The translations under genes and the position numbers were made by a program. The notes under the pieces are model-generated. The model had not been told where the DNA came from and ran no database searches. It worked only from the letters and a program-made list of their open reading frames with translations. Of a DNA stretch of 64,000 nt, positions 11,551 to 22,575 are shown in pieces. This stretch comes from Ranitomeya imitator (lineage: Eukaryota), in contig NC_091287.1 in the NCBI RefSeq assembly GCF_032444005.1, positions 134,416,001 through 134,480,000 of the forward strand, read 5' to 3'. How positions within the stretch are numbered: position 1 is the first letter of the stretch; the number at the start of each line of letters is the position of its first letter.

Positions 11551-14222
11551 TCAGGGTATTCATTAACAAATACACCAAAATAAATAATCAAAGATGAAAA
11601 TAATTAGCTGAAGAGGAACTTAGAGATCCCAATTATTAAAAATCATTAAGCTCCTTGGTAAACCCTTTCAAAATGCATCAGGTCATCCACCAGAGAGCTC
11701 TCCTGCAAGGGCCGCAGAAGAGAAAGCATAGTATTACATGGCAGCTACTTAAATAAATGCTCAGCTTCTATTGTAGGGCCGAAGCCCCTCTTTTCATTAG
11801 AACATTCGTATGTCATAAGGCATATGTAATCCGTGTGCAGTCCGATGTTTTCCACAGATGGACTCAATAACTTACACTGCCAAGTGCAATCCGAATATTA
11901 GCTCAAACTCGGACCCGCAGTGACCTGTTGACTGGCTCAGTCCGAGAAAAAACTAAACAAAACAGACATGTGTTTCGCCCCATAGAATAACATTGATTTG
12001 AGTGCAATCTGATGTTTTGCTGGAGCCAAATCGGATGGAACATACAGTGGAGTGAACGAGACCCAAAGACAAGCTATTAATGTTCCAGAAAACAATAGAT
12101 TCACCTACTGTAGTATAATACCTTTACCTACAAAAAACAGAAAGCAATGGCGTTTAAGTAGCAAATCAATATCAATTGCCACTTTAATGGCAGTCAGAAA
12201 AGTATACAGTTCATTTTAATGATGCCGGCATATTGTAAGTGAGCATGCAAATAAGAATATGAATTTCAAAATTAAAAAGAATAATGGAAGTACGGCTCTT
12301 AATGGAGTAAAAGTGTTTCTAAAATAAGGCCGCTCGTCCGTCGACTTCCAATATACAAGATCAATTATTTATGCGGATGTCGCCGGTTCTAGAAGTGTCT
12401 GCTTATACAGCTCAACAAACATTTTCCTCTCTGTATTTGTCTTTTCAATGCTTTTGTGCTTAGACAAATATTTGCATTAACAATAAACATGTCCTTGTAT
12501 GACTACATACAGTTACTTTATATAAGAAGTCCTTTAATTTAAAAGGTAACCTTCCAAAAGGGTAAACCCTCCTAAGCCGTCTAGAAGGGCATGCAGGTCA
12601 TAGATATTTGAACAAAATGAGACCTTGGTATCTGCGATCTGATGTTTTATTTAAGAGAAATTCTGTTTTTCCTTAATATGTAAATGTCTATGGGCAGAAC
12701 AGAAATCTAGCAGTTTGCCTCTGGGGAATGCAGGTTTCACAGTGAGAGATAAATGACAGACAGCCCTGCTCTCCTCACTGCACAGATGAGTCATTACTAA
12801 CACTTCTTCAGCTTTCATCATGGCAGTCAGTGTGGGGAAGGGGCAGTACAGCAGACTGGAGCATTGTCTCAATACAAACCTTACTATCAGCTCTCCTCCT
12901 GTTGTAAGCTCAGTTGTAAGCTCAGCTGTACTGTTTCTCCCCCCAACAATGGATGCCGTGATGAAAGCGGAAGAAATTTTAGTTAAAGGGAACCTCTCAA
13001 GTGAAAAAAACGCTTTAATAGTTTTCTGAACTGGAGGGTATGTATGAATTATACATACTCCCGTCCGGGGTCCATCAGGAAGGCGTGGCCTTGCTCCACT
13101 GACTTGTATAACATGAGGCCTTGCCCTGTCTAGTGACGCGACCATCTAGTGGGTGTGGTCAACTAGAGGGCGTGGCCTCGCCCCATACAAGTGTATGAAG
13201 TGAGGCCGTCTCCGCTGACTGGAAGTATGTATAACTCATACACACCCTCCGCTCATGGCTCAGAAACCGGTGAATCTTTGCAGCGCAAAGTGCATGCGCG
13301 GGGGAGAGTCATAAGTCTGCAGTCATTCAGAGTGACTGCAGACTTATCGGTTTGACCAGACAACCCCTTTAAAAAAAAAACAGGAAAAGTTGATCTGCTT
13401 TGCAGCACGTCACAGGTGACATTGAATGTCTGCTGTGCTGTGTATATGAACAATATGCTCGGCTTTACTTTATAGCATAATCACAGCAAAGAAAAGAATT
13501 TATCATCAGAAAAATGGGCCAAACTTTATATCTTTTTGAACAAAAGAAGTCTTGTTGTATATTGGCCATGCAGCACAATAAAAGGTTAAATTCCAAGAAA
13601 GAAAAAAAAAGAAGATGCTGAGAAGTCAGAAATCACTTTGCTTCAATGTTGGAGTCTGTGGCAACCAATCACAGTTCAGCTTTCATTTCTTAAAAATTAT
13701 AATGGTTATATATGGTATGCATATATAAAAAATGTATAAGGATCCTGTATTTTTCAAAAAGGTTAGAGTCTATGGTTTGGAATAAACATTTCTTGATTAC
13801 AAAAACATGAAAATGAAAAAATGAATGTTGCAAAGTAATTGGTTCCTAAGGAAACAAGATTTTTTTTTTTAAATTAAACATTTGTGACAAATGAGGCTGA
13901 TATAATAAACATTACAGTAAGGCTACTTTCACACATCAGGTTTTTGCCGCATGCCGATTCGCGCCGCAGCACCGGATCCGGCTTATTTTGCGAAAACCGG
14001 ATGGGACGAATCCGGTTTTCTGCCAGATCCGATGAGAAACCTGATCCGTCCCATCCGGTTGGCAACCGTTTTGTCCGGTTTTCCATCCAGTTTTTGACGG
14101 ATCCGGTTTTTAAAAACGCCCCCTGACAGGCTAAAAATGTGATTGGCCCCCTGAAAACTATATATACAGTGTTCCTGCAGCCCATCAGTGACAGGTTGGA
14201 GAGGAGCAAGATACAGAGCAAG

Positions 14223-15540
14223 ATGGACGGCATTATTGCGAAGATTCTGCAGAACAACGTGGATTTCATTGTGGAGGCGAATAGATTGAAAACAATTGTT
14301 CTTGAGAAGGAGCGAGAGAGACAGCGCATCATGCGTCTGTGCCGACGCCGTTTGTGGATCTACCCGATCACGGCACAGAGAATGACGCGGGGAGTCTTTT
14401 ATACATGGAGCTACGAGGAGAGCCAGAGAAGTTTTTCAGCTATGTGCGGATGAAAGCGGAGAACTTTGGTGTATTGGTGGAGCGGATTGAACATCTAATA
14501 AGAAGGAGTGATACATATTGCAGATTCTCCACTACACCGGCTGAGCGTCTGATGGTCACTGTTCGGTAAGCATTCTTTTTTTATGGACTCTTGTAGCGCA
14601 CATTCATCGATTGATATTTTGAATTTGTAGTAATTTCTGCTTTGCTTTTGATCACAGATTCCTTGCTACTGGTGAATCCCTGTCTTCACTACATTTCCAG
14701 TTCAGACTGGGAGTTTCCACCATCTCTGGAATTGTAAATCACACTTGCCGTGCACTGTGGGACTCTCTGCACGACGAATTCATCCCACATTCCACAATGC
14801 AGACTTGGTTGGAAGTAGCTGACAGATTCCACGAAGTGTGTCAGTTTCCCAATTGCTTGGGCGCGGTGGATGGGAAACATATCCGTATCGTGAAACCGGC
14901 AGGTTCTGGATCCGAGTATTTCAACTATAAGAAGTACTTTTCCATCGTACTGTTGGCCATCGCCGATACGGATTACAAATTTGTAGCGGTGGATATTGGG
15001 GCGTATGGCCGCTCAAATGATTCACAAGTTTTCAAACTGTCTTCTATGGGGCGGCATTTGTATGGAAAAACGTTTCAATTCCCCCCTCCAAGACCACTGC
15101 CTCAAACCTCTGAGCCACCAATGCCTTTTGTTTGTGTTGGGGATGAAGCCTTACAGCTTTCAGAACATCTTTTGAAACCCTACTCCAGCCGTGGTTTAAA
15201 CAATACTAAAAGAATTTTCAACTACCGACTCACACGTGCACGGAGAATGGTGGAGTGTGCGTTTGGGATCTTAACCGCCAAATGGAGAGTTCTACTGACA
15301 TCCATTAACTTGAAGACAGACACTGTGGATGAGGTGGTGAAAGCTTGTGTTGTCCTTCACAATTATGTTATATCCAAGGAACAGCTTTCCATTGAGGACG
15401 ACTCTGAAGAAACCACCTTGGCTGATTATAGCAACATAACGTATAGAAGTTCTGCGACTGTTTCCCGAATTCAGGATCAATTTGCAGAATATTTTATTTC
15501 ACCCGCAGGAAGGATAGACTGGCAGGATGAGAGCGTTTGA
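14223..15540 (+). pseudogene. Harbinger (HARBI1-like, DDE_Tnp_4-type) transposase, 2 exons, frameshift in exon 1
   Basis: Exon 1 14223-14565 (MDGIIAKIL...RRRLWIYPITAQRMTRGVF, frame switch near 14400, YMELRGEPEKFFSYVRM...ERLMVTVR). GT-AG intron 14566-14657. Exon 2 14658-15540 is open (FLATGESLSSLHFQFRLG...GAVDGKHIRI...YFNYKKYFSIVL...VGDEAL...RARRMVECAFGIL...CVVLHNY), so the D/D/E triad is retained. Confidence 0.93.
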
Positions 15541-15707
15541 ACAATTTGTCTTGAACCTAGTAACACTTTTTTTACCTTTACCCAAGTTCTGTACCTGTTT
15601 GGGTAGTACCCAAAGTATTTAACCTTTTACCCAAGTTGTGTACCTGTTTGGGTAGTACCCAAAGTATTTAACCTCTAATCAATAAACCTCGTTTTACCCA
15701 ACTGTTA

Positions 15708-18067
15708 TCAATATCTTATAAATAAAATACAATTTTGTTTTAAACAACACAATTTTATTAAAATTATTTTTAACACAACATAAAAAAAATGGAAACAAAT
15801 AAAGGTTGGAATAAGTCGGGATGGAGTTAGTGCTGGAGGGGCTGTCAGGGACACTTCGACAGTGGGAGTGTGGAGAGAGGAATGTGCTGGTGGTGGGGAA
15901 GGATCAATAGATAGTGGTGAAGGGGTGGAGAAGGCAATTGAGCGGGAGGACAGGAAAGTGGGATTGAGGTTAGGAATTTGGTAGGATGGAGGGGGTGTAG
16001 GTGATGTTTTGGGAGGATTGGGAGGCAGAAGCAATGATGGGTGGAGAAGAGGGTTGGGAAGGAGGTGAAAGAGGCTGTTGGTAGCGGGCAGGGAGAGGAG
16101 GCATGGATGAAGTAGATGGGAAGTGGTATGGGTCGGGATCATCATATTGGTCAGAATGGTGGGAAGGGGCACGGATGGGACGCTGGTAGTCTGGCTGGTG
16201 GGATGTGGCACTGTAACGCTGGCAGTGTTGTGGCTGGTGGGACGGGGCACGGGCACGATGTGGGTGATGGTGAGGTTGGTGGGATAGGGCATGGGGAGGT
16301 TGGTGCTACGGGTCAGGAGGATGGTAGTGGCTGTAGTGATGGACAGTAGAGGAAGGAGAGCATGTGCAGCATGGGTGGCAAGAGTCTCGGCTTTTGAGGC
16401 AATGAGCGCTAGAGTAGGCTGGAAGGCTTCCATTACTTGCATCTGCTGAGAAGCAGATAGCATTTCCATTTGCTCGAGTACCGACTGGAAAAAAGTGTTG
16501 TTCGGTGACTGACTTGCCTCTGAACGCATCGATAACAGAAGTGTATGCAACTCGAGTATACTTTTATTTATTAAATTGAAACCTGCAGCCATTTGCTCGG
16601 ACAAAACTTTGAGACAGTTCTGAAAGGATGCGTTCAGGTGTAAGAACTCGGGCACATAGCTCTGTACCTGACCCCTCTGCCGATGGCGCCCCGATGCTAC
16701 AGGTGTACTAAAGGTGGCAGCAGCAGACGGGTGGGGTACAGGAAAAGCTATATCCTCACCAGCAGATACATGCAATGGAACCGGCCAGGATGCTCCAGCA
16801 CTCGCAGATCGGACAGAGGGATCCGATGTGTGGAAAGGCTGGGAAGGTGCAGAGTGGCAAGGTGCAGAGTGGCAAGGTGCAGAGTGGGAAGGTGCAGAGG
16901 GGCCGGGACTGTCGAACTGTCCCTCGGTGGCGGCCTCCTGAGGGATCGCCCCAGAAGGGTTCAACTCTGCTTCAGACTCCCGACGGTGCTGTGGAACAAA
17001 AGAGAAAAACAAACAATTAATATACTAATATTGCATGGCCCTGGCTGAAAGGGCAAAAGAGGTTTACACATGTAAAACATTGGTTATTACATATGGTGGC
17101 TAATATTTACCTTCGAGTCACCATTGTTGTCCTGAGGAACGACAGGGCTTCGGCATACTTGTATCTGCTCCTGCGTCCTCCAGAACCACTCGGGGCCCGC
17201 ATCTCTGTTGAATTCCTTGTTAACGTGATCCCTGATCGACCGCCACCGTTTCACAATCCTCTCACCTGTTAAAAAAGGAGAAACACAAATTGGTTACAAA
17301 CAATACTTAGAATGCATCAACAAAACTGAACTGAGTATACTTACGTTCTTGATTCTGGGCCCGAACATCGAGGTCTTCCCACTTCTCTATAAGCTGTTGG
17401 CAGACTTGCTCCCAGAGTTGACACGTCACGATGATATCAGCATGGCGTCGGTTACCCATGTTCCACAGTGGCTCCCTGTCTCGGATCAGATCGCTGAGGA
17501 GGTCAATATCAAGTCCGATGTCCTCGCCGTCCGAATCAGGAGCACGCTGTGAAGCCGGTTATAAAAAAGGGCAAAAAAATAAAATTAGATTCAAAAGAAA
17601 AAAAATACCAAAAATCCCCCCAAAAAATAAAGAAGATGCTTACACGATGACGGCCGCCCAGACTCTGATGCCGATGACCCTGGGAGCCACTGGGAGGACC
17701 TCTGGATCGAGCACCAGAATCCGATCTCTAGAAGAAAAATAACAAAAAAGGTTAGGCTTGTACGTAGACTTTTTAGGTGTTGTGTGCCGTATGATATCTA
17801 TAACGATCATTTTGTATGTGTTGTGTGATGTCTGAAATGGGCAGTTTGGATGTGTAGTGTGCTGCGATCTTTCTGTAAGTATCTTGTGTTGTTATGTGTT
17901 GGGTGTAGTGTGAGGTTATGGTTCTGCGATAAATGAAATATCTATACCAATTGTGATCCCGCTCCAGGTATTTCTCCACCCCTTCCTTCTTCTTCTGGGA
18001 GCACCTCCGCTGCAGCAGCAGCTTCCTACAAAAGAGAAAGATGGCGAAATAAATTAAGATTTCGCCA

Positions 18068-18120
<53 letters not shown>

Positions 18121-18201
18121 GAGAGCGAGAGCAAAATTAAAAGCAAATATATTTACCTCAGTGTGCTGCCAACGGGAGGGAGGGGTCCCAGAAGAAGACA
18201 C
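15708..18201 (-). pseudogene. Harbinger Myb/SANT-like MADF-BESS DNA-binding protein gene, 6 exons, damaged
   Basis: Reconstructed exons 18201-18157, 18025-17948, 17727-17644, 17555-17345, 17265-17111, 16988-end. Exons 4-5 give DIDLLSDLIRDREPLWNMGNRRHAD...LWEQVC...RERIVKRWRSIRD (MADF). Exon 6 has SPNNTFFQSVLEQMEMLSASQQMQVM (BESS-like) and a Pro/Ser/Thr tail. Start is GCC-GTG; exon 4 acceptor is CG. Confidence 0.88.
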
Positions 18202-18210
18202 GGCTTGTCT

Positions 18211-18815
18211 CTGCTCTGGCAGGCTTGGCTCCGCTCTCTGGCAGGCTTGGCCCCGCTCTCTGGCAGGCTTGGCTCCGCTCTCTGGCAGGCTTGGCTCCGC
18301 TCTCTGGCAGGCTTGGCTCCGCTCTCTGGCAGGCTTGGCTCCGCTCTCTGGCAGGCTTGGCCCCGCTCTCTGGTAGGCTTGGCTCCGCTCTCTGGCAGGC
18401 TTGGCCCCGCTCTCTGGCAGGCTTGGCTCCGCTCTCTGGCAGGCTTGGCCCCGCTCTCTGGCAGGCTTGGCCCCGCTCTCTGGCAGGCTAGGCCCCGCTC
18501 TCTGGCAGGCTAGGCCCCGCTCTCTGGCAGGCTTGGCCCCGCTCTCTGGCAGGCTTGGCCCCGCTCTCTGGCAGGCTTGGCCCCGCTCTCTGGCAGGCTT
18601 GGCCCCGCTCTCTGGCAGGCTTGGCCCCGCTCTCTGGCAGGCTTGGCTCCGCTCTCTGGCAGGCTTGGCCCCGCTCTCTGGCAGGCTTGGCCCCGCTCTC
18701 TGGCAGGCTTGGCTCCGCTCTCTGGCAGGCTTGGCCCCGCTCTCTGGCAGGCTTGGCCCCGCTCTCTAGCAGGCTTGGCCCCGCTCTCTGGCAGGCTTGG
18801 CTCCGCTCTCAGGCA
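18211..18815. repeat. 22-bp GC-rich minisatellite (CTCTGGCAGGCTTGGCCCCGCT), about 27 copies, inside the Harbinger
   Basis: Tandem units read directly; explains the repetitive WQAWPRSLAG/APLSGRLG ORFs. Confidence 0.95.
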
Positions 18816-18884
18816 GGCTCTTTTGGCAGGGTCTGGAAGATTCTTGGCAGAGTGTGGGCTCTCTGGATAGCAGTATGGCTGGAA

Positions 18885-18945
18885 ATGAGTGAGGGCCTCA
18901 ATGGCATTGGTTTATATATGTGTCCTGGGGGCAGGCCAATAGCTT
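18885..18945 (-). promoter_or_regulatory. Putative core promoter of the Harbinger MADF gene
   Basis: Minus-strand TATATAAA (18918-18911) preceded by an ATTGG box, between the right subterminal region and the MADF start. Confidence 0.5.
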
Positions 18946-19316
18946 CTGAGCATGCTCAGTTTAAAAAGCTGGATCAGGCCGCCGGATCCGCCTTTTTCCG
19001 GATCCGGCGCAATCTGGCGTCCATAGACATGCATTGTAGCGAAAAGCCGGAAGAGCTGGATCCGGCCCTTCCGGCTTTATCGCCGCAGACAAAAAACGTT
19101 ACAGTAGACGTTTTTTCAAGACACCGGAACCGGAATTTTAGCCGGATCCGGCAAAATTATGCAGAAACGCAGGGCCATCCGGCGCTAATACAAGTCAATG
19201 GAGAAAACCCGGTTCCGGTTTTTCTCTAAAGAGCCGTAAACAGCCGGAATTAAAAAACCTGATGTGAGAAAGTAGCCTAACTGACACTCCCATCCAAATG
19301 AAACAGATTGTTTTAG

Positions 19317-19742
19317 AAGGAATTTGTCTCAGGTTTTTCCTACCCCATGTGAGAGCAGCATGATGTAGAGGCAGAGACCCTGATTCCAGAGATGTATCAA
19401 TTCCAGCGCTATTTGCTGACTTTTCATAAAATCCCTGTTTTCTCAGCTGTAGATTTAGCAGCTCTGTATAACCCAGCCCCCACACCTCTGATGGGCAGAT
19501 TTCTATGTACACTGTGCATAGGCACAAAGCTGATGGGGTGGGGTTATACAGAGCTCATGAATATGGGGGACTACCTGGCAGTAGGTTTACTAGTCCTCTA
19601 CTGATAACCTCATGGTGATATAACAGTGTTTTCATTGAAACTACAGCAAGCAGCCCAGTAAGTGACACATTGCAGGAATCACAGTCTTTGTATCTACATT
19701 GTGCTGTTCTCATGTGGCAAAAACCTGGCAACAGATCCACTT
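19317..19742. mobile_element. Kolobok/T2-type fold-back MITE (old)
   Basis: Arms CAGGTTTTTCCTACCCCATGTGAGAGCAGCATGATGTAG vs CTACATTGTGCTGTTCTCATGTGGCAAAAACCTG; related pieces at 26290-26970 and 50880-51090. Confidence 0.6.
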
Positions 19743-19879
19743 TGAAAAGGTTATTCTGAATTTTTCCAAGAGATCCCATGAGATAAACTAGTCTAGTCTT
19801 TTCCCAGCAGTTCCATTGAGAATGAGTGCAGGGTGGTGAGCGTGCCCGGCGAATACTCCACTGGAACGGGACAGGCGGT

Positions 19880-19977
19880 TCTCAGCATCGGTGGGGCTCT
19901 CAGCATCGGTGGGGCTCTCAGCATCGGTGGGGCTCTCAGCATCGGTGGGGCTCTCAGCATCGGTGGGGCTCTCAGCA
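19880..19977. repeat. 18-bp tandem repeat (CTCAGCATCGGTGGGGCT) x5 plus partial
   Basis: Read directly. Confidence 0.95.
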
Positions 19978-21488
19978 GTCGGATCCACGCTAATCAGCAA
20001 ATTACCACATATCAGATAACTTCTCAAGACTAAATATGTGTTTGCGACCAACGGGTAAAATGTTTTGCCTACCCTAGGTAATTAAAAAAACTGCTTACAG
20101 AGGCCCCCAATGCCTCAGATGTGCACCGACTCCGTAATAGGTCACTCAGTGCGCACAGGCTGCCATTCTGATTAGCAGAACAGTCCTCTTTACACATGAC
20201 AATGTGCTGTCGAGAAGATGAGATTTTCTGCAGTCCAAAAGATCATTTCACCCAACAAATGAGGGGTTTTAGCTGTACTTTACATCACTTTCTGGAGTAC
20301 ATTATAGGGAATATTTTGGGCCGATGCTGACCCAGTCTTTTCTGCCCTTTTTCTTTTTTAAAAGTCATACATTACTTGCACAAATGTGGAGTAAACTGCT
20401 CAATAAATGTCCGCCATCGTCTCTTAAGGTAGTAATGCTTGTATTGTTACTGGGCTCTGGTTTCCAGGAGTCTCATGTCAGGGAAAATTAAAATCAACCC
20501 AGTCAGCATGTATATGGTTAAAAGACATACGGTAGCTGGCGCTCTCGTCAGGGCACAGACAGCTTCACATCTTGGACTCATACTCATTTACAGTAACCAA
20601 GTAATAGGCAAAAAAAACAAACTTGATGCCATTACCTGCTGGAATGTTTTTGCCATGTTACCAACACTGATTAAAGAGAGCCTGGACCGCTATAGCCAGA
20701 TGATCCACCATGTTCATTCAGCACATCAGGAGCGGAGCACCTAGCCTTAGTATCTGGGAATGCCAGGCACGTTATACAAAAGACACTGGTTCATTTTTAC
20801 AAAAAGTAAGTTGCAATTCACCTGAATTTTGTCTTAAAGGGGTTGTCCAACCTCAAAATCCCAATTTTTTTTTTAAGCTAATCTGGGCTGTACAGTAATC
20901 TACAACACCTCTGTACATTTTGTTTTTTGCTTCTACCTTTCATTCCTCCTGAACGCCTCTTCACTCCCTGCATCCACTTTGCTTACATCTGCCTCTACCT
21001 GACCAGGCAGCTTCCTGGGCTTTATTATGTAAGCCCACCACCAGAGCTCGCTCCGCCCCGACCTCAGTGACACGCACCACCCTCTGCCCACCCACTACGC
21101 ACTCACTGGCTGTCATCACAAAAGAAGGGAACCAATTAAAGCCCAGATATAGTAAAATAGACACATTATTACTAGAAAAGGATTTAAAACAATGAAGCAA
21201 AGTATAAAAGAAGGGTGATATGAGCAGAGTCCAGTGCGACAGCAGTCACCACATACAACATAAGACACGATACAATATAGTGTTTAGCGATCCCTGATGG
21301 TCGAAAAATAAATAAGAAACAGATACATGTAACAGGCAAAAAATCTGTCAATGATGAATATCCATAAAGTGCAGTGAAGAGTACTATATGTGATATCTAA
21401 AGCATAAACTCTATATGCATGAAAAATCTATAATAAAGTGCAGATGCAGCATAGTTGGACAGGCCAGGGTATAAGCATATGCCACATA

Positions 21489-21934
21489 CACAGAGAGGGA
21501 AACAATTATTTGATCCGTTGCTGATTTTGTAAGTTTGCTCACTGACAAAGACATGAACAATCTATGATTTTAAGGGTAGGTTAATTTTAACTTTGAGAGA
21601 TAGAATATCAAAAATAAAATCCAGAAAATCACATTGTATAAATTATATAAATTTGCATTTTGCAGTGAGAAATAAGTATTTGATCCCCCTGGCAAACAAG
21701 ACTTAATACTTGGTGGTAAAACCCTTGTTGGCAAGCACAGCAGTCAGATTTTTTTTGTAGTTGATGATTAGGTTTGCGCACATGTCAGGAGGAATTTTGG
21801 TCCACTCCTCTTTGCAGATCATCTCTAAATCATTAAGATTTTGAGGCTGTCGCTTGGCAACTGGAAGCTTCAACTCTCTCCATAAGTTCTCTCTGGGGTT
21901 AAGGTCTGGAGACTGGCTAGGCCACTCCATATCC
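21489..21934 (-). mobile_element. Tc1/mariner remnant (transposase C-terminus and inverted-repeat end)
   Basis: [21 protein letters not shown]...[11 protein letters not shown] (21703-21930); AAATAAGTATTTGATC-type direct repeats in the IR. Confidence 0.88.
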
Positions 21935-21938
21935 TTAA

Positions 21939-22575
21939 AGGGAACCTGTCACCCCGAAAATCGCTGGTGAGGTAAGCCCACCGGCATCAGGGGCTTATCT
22001 ACAGCATTCTGTAATGCTGTAGATAAGCCCCCGATGTTACCTGAAAAATGAGAAAAAGACGTTAGATTATACTCACCCAGGGGCGGTCCCGCTGCTGGTC
22101 AGGTCAAACGGGCGTCTCCGGTCCGCTGCGGCGCCTCCCATCTTCTTTCCATGACGTCCTCTTCTGATCTTCAGCCACGGCTCCGGCGCAGGCGTACTTT
22201 GCTCTGCCCTCTTGAAGGCAGAGGATAGTACTGCAGTGCGCAGGCGCCGAAAAGGTCAGAGGCCCGGCGCCTGCGCACTGCAGTACTATCCTCTCCCCTC
22301 AACAGGGCAGAGCAAAGTACGCCTGCGCCGGAGCCGTGGCTGAAGATCAGAAGAGGACGTCATGGAAAGAAGATGGGAGGCGCCGCAGCGGACCTGAGAC
22401 GCCCATCCGACCTGACCAGCAGCGGGACCGCCCCTGGGTGAGTATAATCTAACGTCTTTTTCTCCTTTTTCAGGTAACATCGGGGGTTTATCTACAGCAT
22501 TACAGAATGCTGTAGATAAGCCCCTGATGCCGGTGGGCTTACCTCACCCGCGATTTTCGGGGTGACAGGTTCCCT
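21939..22575. mobile_element. Kolobok/T2-type fold-back MITE, near-perfect 637-bp palindrome
   Basis: TTAA-AGGGAACCTGTCACCCC...GGGGTGACAGGTTCCCT-TTAA; arms complementary up to a short loop near 22250-22265. Confidence 0.9.

Larger units (their letters stand above)
13921..19277. mobile_element. Full-length two-gene PIF/Harbinger DNA transposon (autonomous structure, genes degenerate)
   Basis: Left TIR GGCTACTTTCACACATCAGGTTTTT from 13921; right end AAAAACCTGATGTGAGAAAGTAGCC ends at 19277 (1 mismatch). TAA TSD at 13918-13920 and 19278-19280. Contains convergent transposase and MADF genes. Confidence 0.96.

Noticed and set aside
15708-17012. 434-aa ORF as a stand-alone gene
   Set aside because: Its start lies in an intron's polypyrimidine tract; it is the last exon (from 16988) of the MADF gene and reads into AT-rich UTR-like sequence.
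18161-19229. WQAWPRSLAG-repeat proteins
   Set aside because: Antisense translation of the 22-bp array and subterminal repeats of the Harbinger.
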